From the IMG/VR virus record IMGVR_UViG_3300021963_000022: DNA of 64,000 nucleotides; one strand, given 5' to 3'. Origin of the DNA: a virus. Lineage: Duplodnaviria; Caudoviricetes. A program made the translations under genes and the position numbers. Positions 17,691 to 27,628 of the stretch are shown one piece after another. A model generated the notes under the pieces. That model was not told the origin of the DNA, made no database searches, and worked only from the letters and a program-made list of their open reading frames with translations. Position 1 is the first letter of the stretch. Each line of letters opens with the position of its first letter.

Positions 17691-17978
17691 ATGGGTTTAC
17701 GATACGATACACTGGGCGAAATGATTACTCTAAATGAGCAAGAAAAACGTCAAGTCCGCATGTATGGCGTTACCGAAGCAGGTATGCGTCAGGCTGTAGA
17801 ACAAAGTATTACTTTTCGTCATTCTGGTCCTGCTATGATGGCCGCTAGTCTCATGTCCGATGCACAGGAAATGATTAATACCGAGTACGGTGACATTGAC
17901 TATATGCGAGCCGAAGACGCCCGGCAAGCCCTGAACCGTGCAAAATGGATACTTTTTGAGTATTGCGACAAACGTTAA
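17691..17978 (+). CDS. Hypothetical early protein
   Basis: Start placed at ATG 17691 after AAGGAG. Confidence 0.85.
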   Translation: MGLRYDTLGEMITLNEQEKRQVRMYGVTEAGMRQAVEQSITFRHSGPAMMAASLMSDAQEMINTEYGDIDYMRAEDARQALNRAKWILFEYCDKR

Positions 17979-17981
17979 AAT

Positions 17982-18041
17982 TTGACAATAAATGATTTTG
18001 GGTATATAATAGAATCTTAAACAGTCAACTAAAGGACACAA
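17982..18041 (+). promoter_or_regulatory. Early promoter/RBS repeat, copy 6
   Basis: TTGACA-17-TATAAT-AGAATCTTAAACAG. Confidence 0.9.
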
Positions 18042-18302
18042 ATGAAACAAGTTACAGCAATCAAAGTTATCCAAAAAGATGCAGAATTTTTGGGTATGAG
18101 TTTTATCTCAATGGTTAAGTTTATTGAAACTAACCCATTAGCACAAACCGCTAAGACTTTGGAAGCCTTCAAGGTTCTTAACCCTGGCTTTGTTTTTCCC
18201 AAGAAAACCGTCAAAAACTTGATGACCGGCAAACTTGTTCAAATTGATGCGGATACCCCCAACTGTTGCAACCCCGCTAGCGAGACTTACTGGTCTATGT
18301 AA
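18042..18302 (+). CDS. Hypothetical early protein
   Basis: Cassette gene; C-terminal CCNPASETYWSM. Confidence 0.85.
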   Translation: MKQVTAIKVIQKDAEFLGMSFISMVKFIETNPLAQTAKTLEAFKVLNPGFVFPKKTVKNLMTGKLVQIDADTPNCCNPASETYWSM

Positions 18303-18303
18303 T

Positions 18304-18364
18304 TTGACAATAAATGGGCATTGTGCTATAATAGAATCTTAGACAGTAAAGAAAAGGACTACAA
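18304..18364 (+). promoter_or_regulatory. Early promoter/RBS repeat, copy 7
   Basis: TTGACA-17-TATAAT-AGAATCTTAGACAG. Confidence 0.9.
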
Positions 18365-18637
18365 ATGCGTACACCAACTATCATCGACGGATTCAAAAAC
18401 TCACAGAAATTCCGTGTAATTTTTAAGGGTGACGGATCCGAAAACGATATCGGTATGTATATGACCATCAAGCAAATGACCGAGCAATTTGCTACTGTTA
18501 CGGCCCGTACAGTTTGCTGGGAAGCATTGCTGAAATTGTCTTACATGCGTTACATGGAAAAGAAACATGGCGGACTTGTGCCCGTAGGTCTGTGTGCTAC
18601 TATTCGTGGCAAACAGGTTCAAGTTGATTTAGTTTAA
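18365..18637 (+). CDS. Hypothetical early protein
   Basis: Cassette gene, AAGGA RBS. Confidence 0.8.
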   Translation: MRTPTIIDGFKNSQKFRVIFKGDGSENDIGMYMTIKQMTEQFATVTARTVCWEALLKLSYMRYMEKKHGGLVPVGLCATIRGKQVQVDLV

Positions 18638-18645
18638 GGATTTAT

Positions 18646-18849
18646 ATGGCGTATACTGTTTTCAAACACAATAAAGAATTCGGGCCACGTAAAGGTCTCG
18701 AAGGACCCTTTCACTACCCAAATGGTCAAGTGTTGTATTATGACAACAAACAAGGTGAGTATTACGACCCACTGACCGACTTCTACGTACCGGACGAGGA
18801 CGTGGCCCAGCTTCAAAATATGATTTTTGATGCACTACGAAAAGGTTGA
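18646..18849 (+). CDS. Hypothetical protein
   Basis: GLEGPF...YYDP.TDFY; stop inside next TTGACA. Confidence 0.8.
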   Translation: MAYTVFKHNKEFGPRKGLEGPFHYPNGQVLYYDNKQGEYYDPLTDFYVPDEDVAQLQNMIFDALRKG

Positions 18850-18908
18850 CAATAAATCACTTTGGGTATATAATAGAATCTTAAACAGTTAAATAAAGGA
18901 CTTACAAA
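18846..18908 (+). promoter_or_regulatory. Early promoter/RBS repeat, copy 8
   Basis: TTGACA-17-TATAAT-AGAATCTTAAACAGTTAAATAAAGGA. Confidence 0.9.
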
Positions 18909-19406
18909 ATGGCTACTCGTTCTACAATCGCATTAGAATTCGCTGATGGTACTATCGGTCAGGTATATTGTCACTGGGATGGTTACTTGGCTCACAACGG
19001 TAAAATGTTGATGGAGTACTATTCTAATCCCTTTATCTTGCGTGACTTGATTGACCTCGGTGACTTGTCAAGTTTGCGTCCACAAATTGGTACAAAACAT
19101 CCCTTCAGTCACTATGATGTGGAAGACATGACATTGGTTGAATATTCTCATTTGTATAAAGACATGACTACATTCTATGGTCGTGATCGTGGTGAAGTAG
19201 CTTGCGAGGCTCGCTATTACAATGATATCAATGATTATTTTAATAAGTGCGAACATCAGGAATATGACTATATCCTGCGCAACATTGATGGCAAAGCTGT
19301 TTGGTTTGTTTGTGACCACGACGGAGCCTTTGTTACGTTAGAGTCCGCAATTAAAGACGAAGAAGATCGTATTGCACAAGAAGAAACAGACGAGGTAGCT
19401 TATTAA
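18909..19406 (+). CDS. Hypothetical phage protein (YCHWDGY family)
   Basis: MATRSTI...VYCHWDGY. Confidence 0.8.
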   Translation: MATRSTIALEFADGTIGQVYCHWDGYLAHNGKMLMEYYSNPFILRDLIDLGDLSSLRPQIGTKHPFSHYDVEDMTLVEYSHLYKDMTTFYGRDRGEVACEARYYNDINDYFNKCEHQEYDYILRNIDGKAVWFVCDHDGAFVTLESAIKDEEDRIAQEETDEVAY

Positions 19407-19407
19407 T

Positions 19408-19737
19408 ATGGAAGCAGTAGTAGAAACAACAGTATGGAATGATAGCAACAATGCTAATCATACTTACTTGCTCGACGGTAGCAAAATGGTTGCATACATC
19501 AAGGTTGGTTCTACTACTCCTGTATATTTTAAAAACCCGATCACAATCGACAAGCGTGGTCGTAAGTTTGTAACAGCTAAACCCAATCCTTTCAAGGCAG
19601 TTAAAGAAAAGAGTACAATTATCAAAGTGACCGGCAGTAAAGGTAATATATATTCTATTGACACCGAAGATAAAACATGCACATGCCCTGGATTTATGTA
19701 TCGTGGTAATTGTAAACATATTATGGAGTTAGTATGA
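19408..19737 (+). CDS. SWIM zinc-finger protein
   Basis: CTCPGFMYRGNCKH. Confidence 0.8.
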   Translation: MEAVVETTVWNDSNNANHTYLLDGSKMVAYIKVGSTTPVYFKNPITIDKRGRKFVTAKPNPFKAVKEKSTIIKVTGSKGNIYSIDTEDKTCTCPGFMYRGNCKHIMELV

Positions 19738-19871
19738 AATACATTATCAATTGGTCACAAAGTTATACATCATGGGTGACACATGCTGAAAAACTTTTAG
19801 AGTTAAGAATTGAACTAAGTGGTCTAAAAGACGCAAAAAAAGTAATTGAGAATATTAAAAAGAATTTATGA
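19734..19871 (+). CDS. 45 aa small protein
   Basis: ATGA-coupled at both ends; MKYIINWSQSYTSW... Confidence 0.55.
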   Translation: MKYIINWSQSYTSWVTHAEKLLELRIELSGLKDAKKVIENIKKNL

Positions 19872-20716
19872 AGATAGCATTGTGTAGTGACTTACACTTA
19901 GAATTCGAAGATATCAACCTCATCAATATAGAAAATGCTGAGGTTCTTATCCTTTCAGGTGACATTATGTTAGCGGAAGATTTACATAATCATCCTCCTA
20001 CTGTAGTTAGCCCATACGAATCTTATACTGAATTAGGTACAAGACAAAAAGCCGCACAACGATTCCGTAATTTTCTCAGTAGAGTAAGCAATGAGTTCCC
20101 TCATGTTGTTTATGTTGCAGGTAACCATGAATTCTATCACGGCAGATGGAATCAAAGTTTAGAACATCTACGTACTGAATGTGCCAGATATCCTAACGTT
20201 TACTTTTTGGAACGTGAGATTAAGGTTATCAATGAAGTGTCCTTTATTGGTGCTACACTATGGACTGATTGTAATAAAAGTGACCCATTAACATTACATG
20301 CATTATCCGACATGATGAATGATTACCGTGTCATTCGTAATGATGATTTAAATTACAGTAAATTACGTCCTGCACATACTGTAAAACGTCACCAAGAAAC
20401 ACTAGGTTATTTGAAAGCAGTTCTTCCTGATATTAAATACAATAAGATTGTATTTGTTGGGCATCATGCTCCCAGTGCAATGAGTACCCATGATAGATAT
20501 AAACACAACGTTCATTCTATAATGAATGGTGGTTATCATAGTGAATTGAGTGAGTTCATTTTAAATCATCCTGAGATTGTATTATGGACACACGGTCACA
20601 TGCATGACCCATTTGATTACATGATTGGAACAACAAGAGTGGTTTGTAATCCACGCGGGTATTTAGGGGCTGACCCGCAAGCAGAAGTTTTTAAATTAAA
20701 ATTTATTGATATATGA
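19868..20716 (+). CDS. Calcineurin-like metallophosphoesterase
   Basis: SDLH, SGD, GNHE, GHH, HGHMH all intact. Confidence 0.92.
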   Translation: MKIALCSDLHLEFEDINLINIENAEVLILSGDIMLAEDLHNHPPTVVSPYESYTELGTRQKAAQRFRNFLSRVSNEFPHVVYVAGNHEFYHGRWNQSLEHLRTECARYPNVYFLEREIKVINEVSFIGATLWTDCNKSDPLTLHALSDMMNDYRVIRNDDLNYSKLRPAHTVKRHQETLGYLKAVLPDIKYNKIVFVGHHAPSAMSTHDRYKHNVHSIMNGGYHSELSEFILNHPEIVLWTHGHMHDPFDYMIGTTRVVCNPRGYLGADPQAEVFKLKFIDI

Positions 20717-21420
20717 ACCATTTATTTGTTATTAGTAGTGCAATTAACACAAAGTTTGGTGTGTTTGATAGTAACCAAAGATTGCTTCAAACTTACCGAA
20801 CCTTTAAGTCGGTGTATGACAGAGTGCCAGGTGCTAGATTAGCAGTGATTGAGTCTAGCGGCTACCCTTTAGACAAGGAAATTGTTGACGCATTACACGG
20901 AGTAGTACATTGCTTAGTCGATATGAGCAAGAGCCCTGAGGTATACAGGATTCATAGCAGTACACCTAATTGGGATATTGTAAAAAACGCATGTGAGATT
21001 ATGTGTTTTAGTGAGGGGTTTAAGCTGATGGATAAAACCGGAGTGCTTGACGGTATTGATAGGATACATAAGTTGTCAGGAAGATACTTATTGACTGATG
21101 ATTTTGACCTATCTGTGTATGAGAAGTATCCAGATAAAATTATCATTACAGAAAAACTTCCCACACCATTTGGGGAACGTGTTAATATTCCACATCAATA
21201 TGTATCTAGATTATGGTCATGGCCTGTTCAACACCATGAACGAATTAAACAGTTTTATTTTGATGCTATCATTGAGTTAAAGGATCGTATTACCAACGGA
21301 AAATATGCTGATATTGAGCACCTTATGTACCTTCTGATTCCTCAGGACCTTATACAAGAGATTCCTGTAATAGGTGTTGAAGGATTGATCGGTGGAAATA
21401 GACGTTATGTTAGAAATTAA
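20713..21420 (+). CDS. Hypothetical protein (KLSGRY, glycosyltransferase-fold-like)
   Basis: Coupled ORF; HKLSGRY...DIEH. Confidence 0.5.
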   Translation: MNHLFVISSAINTKFGVFDSNQRLLQTYRTFKSVYDRVPGARLAVIESSGYPLDKEIVDALHGVVHCLVDMSKSPEVYRIHSSTPNWDIVKNACEIMCFSEGFKLMDKTGVLDGIDRIHKLSGRYLLTDDFDLSVYEKYPDKIIITEKLPTPFGERVNIPHQYVSRLWSWPVQHHERIKQFYFDAIIELKDRITNGKYADIEHLMYLLIPQDLIQEIPVIGVEGLIGGNRRYVRN

Positions 21421-21443
21421 TGGCTATATTGCTAACAAAAATC

Positions 21444-21518
21444 GGTTACCTAGGTAACCATATATCTTGAGATTTATTCGTAGTAGTGTTATAATTCATG
21501 TACGTTGTGAAAACAACG
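21444..21518 (+). promoter_or_regulatory. Promoter flanked by two palindromes
   Basis: GGTTACCTAGGTAACC 21444-59; TTGAGA-17-TATAAT 21467-95; CGTTGT-GAAA-ACAACG 21503-18. Confidence 0.6.
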
Positions 21519-21538
21519 AAATATTTAAAAGGAAAAAT

Positions 21539-21781
21539 ATGATGATTACTAAAAGCGAACGCCTAGTACAGGCACTTTCAAAAGGTGAGCAACTCACCGC
21601 AGCCCAAATTAAGTCACGATTTGGTATTGCTAATCCAACTGCTACTGTGAGCGATTTACGCTTGCGTGGTGGATTTGCAGTCTATGCAAACGAGACTAAA
21701 GGTACTGTGAAGTATCGTTTGGGTACTCCTAGTCGTGCAGTGGTTGCTGCCGGCTATCGTGCATTGTCACAAACTGTTTAA
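21539..21781 (+). CDS. Small helix-turn-helix DNA-binding protein
   Basis: LTAAQIKSRFGIANPTATVSDLR; start at 21539 after AAGGA. Confidence 0.7.
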   Translation: MMITKSERLVQALSKGEQLTAAQIKSRFGIANPTATVSDLRLRGGFAVYANETKGTVKYRLGTPSRAVVAAGYRALSQTV

Positions 21782-21851
21782 TCAACAGTAAAAGGTTTAG
21801 CGGGCACCTGAAGCCCGTTCAAAATTTTTAATATCTGTCTAAGGAGTTTCT

Positions 21852-22364
21852 ATGAGTTTGTTTCACAAGATTATGAATAAGTTAGGCAGATACCGCCTTA
21901 TCCCAGATCGTAGAACAGGTGCTGACTATATGCACCGTTATTATCTTTTTCTCAAAGACCGTATTTGTTTCCCCTTTAATGTCACATTACACAAGATTGT
22001 TCGTAGTGATGATCCTATTATGCATGATCATCCCTGGGCTTACATAACTATTATATTGAAAGGTGGTTATTGGGAGCATACACCTGTGTTTAATAATGAT
22101 GGCAAAATTCTTACAGAATTTCAAACATGGCGTGGTCCTGGTAGTATCATTAAACGTAGTGCAGGTGAATATCACTGGCTTGAACTTGATGAAAATGTAG
22201 GTCCTGTAACAACACTATTTTTTATGGGGAAGCAACAACGTGAATGGGGATTTTTAGTACAAACTAAAAAAGGCATACATCGTTGGATTAAACATACGGA
22301 CTATCTAAGTGATTGGAAATCCTATCACGAAAAATATGTAGTAGCTAAGTCAAAGAAAATATAA
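21852..22364 (+). CDS. Cupin-like protein
   Basis: LH...HDHPW...GGYWE...YH. Confidence 0.6.
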   Translation: MSLFHKIMNKLGRYRLIPDRRTGADYMHRYYLFLKDRICFPFNVTLHKIVRSDDPIMHDHPWAYITIILKGGYWEHTPVFNNDGKILTEFQTWRGPGSIIKRSAGEYHWLELDENVGPVTTLFFMGKQQREWGFLVQTKKGIHRWIKHTDYLSDWKSYHEKYVVAKSKKI

Positions 22365-22594
22365 TGTTCATATCACTAACAAATGCTAACGAAGCACACA
22401 AAGGCAATAAAATTGCAATAAACATTGACCTAATTGCTACTGTTTATAACACGGCCAATCTTGTTAAAAAACAAGATGGTATTATTGAAAACGTTACTTA
22501 CGTATTTTGCCCTCCTCATGGTACATGGGAAGTAGAAGAAACAGTTGAAGAAGTAATTTCAGAATTAAATAACTATCGATGGAATAAAAAATGA
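22364..22594 (+). CDS. Hypothetical protein (FlbD-like pattern)
   Basis: ISLT...IAINIDLI...VEETVEEV. Confidence 0.5.
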   Translation: MFISLTNANEAHKGNKIAINIDLIATVYNTANLVKKQDGIIENVTYVFCPPHGTWEVEETVEEVISELNNYRWNKK

Positions 22595-22872
22595 ATGAAG
22601 AAACTAGAGAAGTATTATTGATTCTACAGGAAGAATGTGCGGAAGTAGCTCAAGCTATTAGTAAATGTTTTCGTTTTGGACCCGATCAAATGAAACCAGG
22701 TAAAGATTTTACAAACATAAATATGCTAGAAGAAGAAATTGGAGATCTATTTGCTATGGTAGAGTTGTTAACTGATTTGAACATTGGTGTGACAGTTACG
22801 GGAGTTCAAACAGCTAAGATGAAAAAGTTTGAAAAACTAAAGCAGTGGTCTAATCTGGAGATTAACAAATGA
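22591..22872 (+). CDS. MazG-like NTP pyrophosphohydrolase
   Basis: LQEECAEV...LEEEIGDL. Confidence 0.8.
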   Translation: MNEETREVLLILQEECAEVAQAISKCFRFGPDQMKPGKDFTNINMLEEEIGDLFAMVELLTDLNIGVTVTGVQTAKMKKFEKLKQWSNLEINK

Positions 22873-23213
22873 TTGAGATTATAGTGTGTTTGGTTGTAGG
22901 ATATATTATCGGCAATGTGCATACAATCTGGAAGTTACGTAAGATACTAAAAGATGAAAGAATTGATATTTTACCTACTTCTATTGAATTAGAAAAATCA
23001 AAAACTCTAGTACGTAAACTGAATATAGAAGAAATAGATAACATGCTATATCTATACGATAAAGAAACGGATGATTTTATTTGTCAAGCAAATTCTATTG
23101 AAGATTTAGCAAAGTCTTGTAATGAATATAAGAACATTACTGTTGCTACGGTAATACACGACACTAAAATTTTTATCTTTACTAACGGAAAGTATCAAGA
23201 GTATAACGGATGA
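22869..23213 (+). CDS. Hypothetical protein, N-terminal TM
   Basis: ATGA-coupled. Confidence 0.7.
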   Translation: MIEIIVCLVVGYIIGNVHTIWKLRKILKDERIDILPTSIELEKSKTLVRKLNIEEIDNMLYLYDKETDDFICQANSIEDLAKSCNEYKNITVATVIHDTKIFIFTNGKYQEYNG

Positions 23214-23749
23214 AAGTTAATATTAAACCTTTTCCCAAGAAAGGTGGTCGCAGAAAAATCAATGTTCAAATTGAACGACATGATACATGGAGCTTAGACC
23301 ACACTCTTGCAATTATAATCTATCCTGCATTAATTCAGCTTAAAGCTACTAAGCATGGTGTTCCTAGTGGCTTAGTAGATGATGTAGGTGGGGAAGATTG
23401 GAGTCAACAAGAATGTTTTGATTTCTATAAAGAAACACACAATGAATCATGGGAAATCGCTGCCAAACGCTGGGACGAAATACTAGACAAAATGATCTGG
23501 TCATTTCAGCAATTAGCCGAAGATGATTACTCAAAATTCTATCATCACGGTAAGGGTGAATATGATTGGTTGAAGACTGATAAACTATATCCAAACCCTA
23601 TTACAGGTAAGGATGAAGCAACTTGGCAAATGGTTGACAAGAATCCCAATGAACATTGGTATGACCATGTTGGTCATCAATTGCATGAGACACGTATCCA
23701 AGAAGGTTTAGAACTATTTGGTAAGTATTACAGAAGTTTGTGGGATTAA
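23210..23749 (+). CDS. Hypothetical phage protein
   Basis: DTWSLDHTL...GLELFGKYYRSLWD. Confidence 0.8.
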   Translation: MKVNIKPFPKKGGRRKINVQIERHDTWSLDHTLAIIIYPALIQLKATKHGVPSGLVDDVGGEDWSQQECFDFYKETHNESWEIAAKRWDEILDKMIWSFQQLAEDDYSKFYHHGKGEYDWLKTDKLYPNPITGKDEATWQMVDKNPNEHWYDHVGHQLHETRIQEGLELFGKYYRSLWD

Positions 23750-23750
23750 G

Positions 23751-23990
23751 ATGTTTGATAAAATGGTAGATCAATTAAGAATACAGACATTAGGTAAAGG
23801 TAAAAAAGATTTTAAGATTAGTAAACAAGAGTTTGCTGATTTTTGCAAAGAGTTTCTATTTGAACAGATTAAAGGTGAGTACAAATTAGGTGAAGCTTTT
23901 TGTAAAAAATATGACGAACCAAATTATGTACTAAGTATTTTACCCGATCATAGTGCGAAGGCACATATTAAAAAATTCTACGTTAAATGA
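23751..23990 (+). CDS. Hypothetical protein
   Basis: Start placed at ATG 23751. Confidence 0.7.
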   Translation: MFDKMVDQLRIQTLGKGKKDFKISKQEFADFCKEFLFEQIKGEYKLGEAFCKKYDEPNYVLSILPDHSAKAHIKKFYVK

Positions 23991-24487
23991 AACAAAAATT
24001 TATAGACTATTATATGGATATAGCTGACCTAACTAGTAAGCTAAGTTCAGCTATCAGATTAAATGTAGGTGCTGTAATCGTTAAAGGCAATAAGATTCTA
24101 GGTACAGGTTACAACGGTATGCCAACTGGATGGACTAACGAATGTGAATATAAAGAATACATGCCGGGTGATACTTGGGATGGACAATTATATCCATTTG
24201 AAGAATATGATAGTTCTGTAGAAAGTAATCGTAGATATCGTTTAGTTACTAAGGATGAGGTATTACATGCAGAAATGAATGCAATTGCTAAAGTGTCCGC
24301 AAGTACAGAATCTAGCGAAGATGCTACATTGTTTGTTACACATGCACCATGCATACATTGTGCAAAAGCTATCTATCAATCTGGTATCAAAAATGTGTTT
24401 TATAGAGAAGCATACAGAGATACTAAAGGACTAGAGTTTCTTGAACAAGGTGGAGTAATTGTTAACAGATACCCAACACAAGATTGA
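23987..24487 (+). CDS. dCMP deaminase
   Basis: GYNG, HAEMNAI, PCIHC. Confidence 0.92.
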   Translation: MKQKFIDYYMDIADLTSKLSSAIRLNVGAVIVKGNKILGTGYNGMPTGWTNECEYKEYMPGDTWDGQLYPFEEYDSSVESNRRYRLVTKDEVLHAEMNAIAKVSASTESSEDATLFVTHAPCIHCAKAIYQSGIKNVFYREAYRDTKGLEFLEQGGVIVNRYPTQD

Positions 24488-24659
24488 TCTCAATATAGGG
24501 TACGGTGGTCTTGGTCCTATAGTGGAATGGGCTAAAGAAAACTGTACAAATAATTGGAACTATGAGATAATAGAATCAGCTGGTAAAGATGCCGGTATCT
24601 ATCGTTTTTACTTTGTAGAAGAAATAGATTACATAAAATTTACATTATGGAAAACATGA
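24459..24659 (+). CDS. Hypothetical protein (start uncertain)
   Basis: Fills operon gap; YRFYF..FTLW pattern. Confidence 0.55.
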   Translation: MLTDTQHKIDLNIGYGGLGPIVEWAKENCTNNWNYEIIESAGKDAGIYRFYFVEEIDYIKFTLWKT

Positions 24660-24895
24660 GATACATAACTTTCTTCAGACAAAATAACGACTTTACTGAT
24701 ATAATAGCCGACCCCACTATTAAAAAAGCAATAGACGAAAAGATATCATTCCTTAATCATTTGATTTTAGGTATAACTGATGATGATAAAATATTCAGCT
24801 ACATTACATTAAAATACGGTGATAACATAGTCACTAACAATATTAAAGACTACAGACCTATACCACATGTAGACTATACACCCATACGTAGATGA
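24647..24895 (+). CDS. Hypothetical protein
   Basis: Operon position. Confidence 0.65.
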   Translation: MENMRYITFFRQNNDFTDIIADPTIKKAIDEKISFLNHLILGITDDDKIFSYITLKYGDNIVTNNIKDYRPIPHVDYTPIRR

Positions 24896-25263
24896 AAATG
24901 GAAACAGTAATTCTTCAACTTCTTATCTTACTTTATATCAAACACTGGTACATTGATTTTGTTAATCAGAACGATGCTGAGATAGCTAGTAAAGGTATCT
25001 ATGGTGACAAACTAGGTATATTACATAGTGCCAAGCATGGCATTCTCACAGCACTATGTGTATTTTTTGTCACTGGATATATGTATTTGATTTACGCAAT
25101 CATTTTAGGTGTGATTGACTTTGTTGCACATTATCATATTGATTGGGTCAAATCAAATTATGGTAACAATAACATCAAAACTAAAGAGTTTTGGAATCAT
25201 TTAGGATTAGACCAACTAGCTCACCAATTGGTTTATCTATTCATTGCTTACATGATAAGTTAA
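24892..25263 (+). CDS. DUF3307-like membrane protein
   Basis: KHWYIDF...HSAKHG...HYHIDWVK...DQLAH. Confidence 0.75.
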   Translation: MKMETVILQLLILLYIKHWYIDFVNQNDAEIASKGIYGDKLGILHSAKHGILTALCVFFVTGYMYLIYAIILGVIDFVAHYHIDWVKSNYGNNNIKTKEFWNHLGLDQLAHQLVYLFIAYMIS

Positions 25264-25571
25264 GTACTTGGTTTTCTAGTATAATCAACTAAATTAAAAT
25301 CTTCGCCAGAACCCACTAAACAAGTGATATCACCTTTAGTAGTGATTATAGACCAAGATTTAGTATTTGGATTAATCCACAAAGACATTATACTACGAGC
25401 TTGGTCTGCTGTTTTGCCAATCAACAGTGGGCTCTCTCTGTATTTCTCTTTGAGTTTACCTACAATTTCTTTTGTATCTGAACAATAAAGTTCAGCGGTA
25501 ATCATCTCTCCGGCGTTACTTTGTAGTGGCACGATAGACGCCATCCCAATCAGTAGGTAAATTGTTTTCAC
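25260..25571 (-). CDS. Small secreted protein
   Basis: Signal-like N-terminus, two Cys; AGGAG RBS before GTG. Confidence 0.7.
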   Translation of the reverse strand: MKTIYLLIGMASIVPLQSNAGEMITAELYCSDTKEIVGKLKEKYRESPLLIGKTADQARSIMSLWINPNTKSWSIITTKGDITCLVGSGEDFNLVDYTRKPST

Positions 25572-27567
25572 GTAGTTCTCCTATTCTTTCTATCATTATA
25601 TCATAATAGTCATCCATATGCGAATCAAATTCACCCTTTAGTTGGTCTATCATATGCAATGCCTGATCCCATTTCTGTTCACGGTAATAATCTATCATCA
25701 AATCATGTATCTCACGTGCTGATAGATATTCTGTAATAGTACTAGGATCAGTCTTTAATGGTGTGTAGATATTCAATCCAATTGTCTTACCCTTTACAGC
25801 AATACAATCTAACTCTAATGTAAAGATTTCATCTTTAACTTGCTCATTAGTATTAGGACCAATGATACATAACACACCATATCCTTTAGTCTGGCCTTCT
25901 AGCCTAGCCGCAGTAGATACACTATCACCTAATACGTCATAACCAAACTTAGTTTTAGCACCAATGTTACCGATCAATGTTTCACCTGTGTTAACACCGG
26001 CACCCATACCAACTGGTGGACGACCACTCGCTGTTAACTCTTTATTGAATTCTTCAATAGCATCAATCATTTGCATTGCAGTTATAACCGCTGTTACTGC
26101 ATGTTTAGGATCGTCTAATGGTGCACCATGTACATGTAAACTTGCATCACCGATGAACTTAATTAATGTACCATCGTTCTTTAATACAGGAACACTTAAT
26201 GCAGTCATGTAGTCATTCATAATCTGTGTCAAGCCTTCAACGTCATCTCCGAATGACTCGCCTAAACTAGTGAATCCACGCAAATCAGTCATAACAATAG
26301 ATAATTCTCTACGTTCTCCTCCTAACTTAATTAGTGAAGGATCTTTCTGTAATCTTTCAACTATAGTTGGATTGACATAACTTCCAAACTGTTTCTTAAT
26401 TTGTTGTTTCTGTAAGAATTCACTTACAAACTTGACAGTATAAGCATGAAGATAAACCAAACCAATCCCAGTAACAGGGGCGGTAATATCATAGAGCCAT
26501 AGATTGGATGTGAATAGATACGATGCAATAAAATGACTAGAACCAAGAACAATAATAACTGGAATAAAAGCATATGTCCACCTTGATAATAATATAACTA
26601 ATAAACCTAAAGCTAGTATAGCGATAAGTTCCACACCATCAGCATAATCAGGACGCACAATAACAACATTGTTAAGCATCGTTCCTATTATACTAGCTTG
26701 AACATCATGTGGCCATACTGATCCTTTACTTGTCGGTACAGGATTGTTTAATCCACTCGCAGTTAAGCCCACTATAACAATAGCACCACCAAAGTCTTTT
26801 GGTAGATCCATTAAACTTACTGGTTTGCTTTGTTGACTGTAATCAATCCAAATACGTCCTAAATTATCAGTAATAATAGTACCAAACTTTGGTATACGCA
26901 TTTTTTCTACACCATTCTCGTTAAGCTTAACTTGGAATGTTGTATCTCCTGCGGCCACTCTTAGTACTTCCATACTTAAACTTGGGTAGAGTTTACCATC
27001 TACACTAGCAATCAATGGGATACGTCTATTGACACCATCTATCTCTGGTAATGTATTAGCTGTACCTACACCATATGCACTGTTTTCTAATAGAGGAACG
27101 TTAGCAATGATTCCTGGATACTGAACTATTCTATCTAACCATTCAGGAGCTAATACTGCTGCACCTGGATTACGTGGAATATTCTTTGTTTTGTCACTAG
27201 GTATATTAGGAAGAATAACAGGATACTGTTTCATAATATATGCTAACTTACCATCTTGACCACTTCTATCACTATCAGGCATTAGTACGTTGAATACAAC
27301 AAGACCTGCATTACGTTTGTATAAGTCTTCTATTATTTTAGCGTATTCGTTGCGTGGTAATGGCCACTGACCATACTTGTCCAATGTTGCTTCATCTACA
27401 TTGACTGTGTAGATGTTGTTTTCTGTTGGAGCTTTATTAGTGATAAGAGTATCAAAATATCTTAATCTAACTGATTCTATGAATTGAGAATCTGCTACAC
27501 GAACCGAAAGAACTAGTACTAGCGTTAGTAGCGCCGACCAGGGACTGAGAATTATTTTTTTAATCAT
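25516..27567 (-). CDS. CHASE2-domain class III adenylate cyclase
   Basis: GQWPLPR CHASE2, three TM helices, DLRGFT, KFIGDA, YDVLGDSVSTAARLE. Confidence 0.93.
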   Translation of the reverse strand: MIKKIILSPWSALLTLVLVLSVRVADSQFIESVRLRYFDTLITNKAPTENNIYTVNVDEATLDKYGQWPLPRNEYAKIIEDLYKRNAGLVVFNVLMPDSDRSGQDGKLAYIMKQYPVILPNIPSDKTKNIPRNPGAAVLAPEWLDRIVQYPGIIANVPLLENSAYGVGTANTLPEIDGVNRRIPLIASVDGKLYPSLSMEVLRVAAGDTTFQVKLNENGVEKMRIPKFGTIITDNLGRIWIDYSQQSKPVSLMDLPKDFGGAIVIVGLTASGLNNPVPTSKGSVWPHDVQASIIGTMLNNVVIVRPDYADGVELIAILALGLLVILLSRWTYAFIPVIIVLGSSHFIASYLFTSNLWLYDITAPVTGIGLVYLHAYTVKFVSEFLQKQQIKKQFGSYVNPTIVERLQKDPSLIKLGGERRELSIVMTDLRGFTSLGESFGDDVEGLTQIMNDYMTALSVPVLKNDGTLIKFIGDASLHVHGAPLDDPKHAVTAVITAMQMIDAIEEFNKELTASGRPPVGMGAGVNTGETLIGNIGAKTKFGYDVLGDSVSTAARLEGQTKGYGVLCIIGPNTNEQVKDEIFTLELDCIAVKGKTIGLNIYTPLKTDPSTITEYLSAREIHDLMIDYYREQKWDQALHMIDQLKGEFDSHMDDYYDIMIERIGELRENNLPTDWDGVYRATTK

Positions 27568-27628
27568 ATGTTAGAATGTTTTCTAAGTCTGTCATTTTGT
27601 TTCCTTTGTAATAAATGTGTTTATTATT

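Noticed and set aside
1257-18908. Promoter repeats as a CRISPR array
   Set aside because: The intervals are whole genes of variable length, the repeats are consensus promoters, and no cas genes are present.
21503-21518. CGTTGT-GAAA-ACAACG as the same operator as the 18-mer
   Set aside because: The GTTG-CAAC spacing is 6 rather than 8; reported separately.
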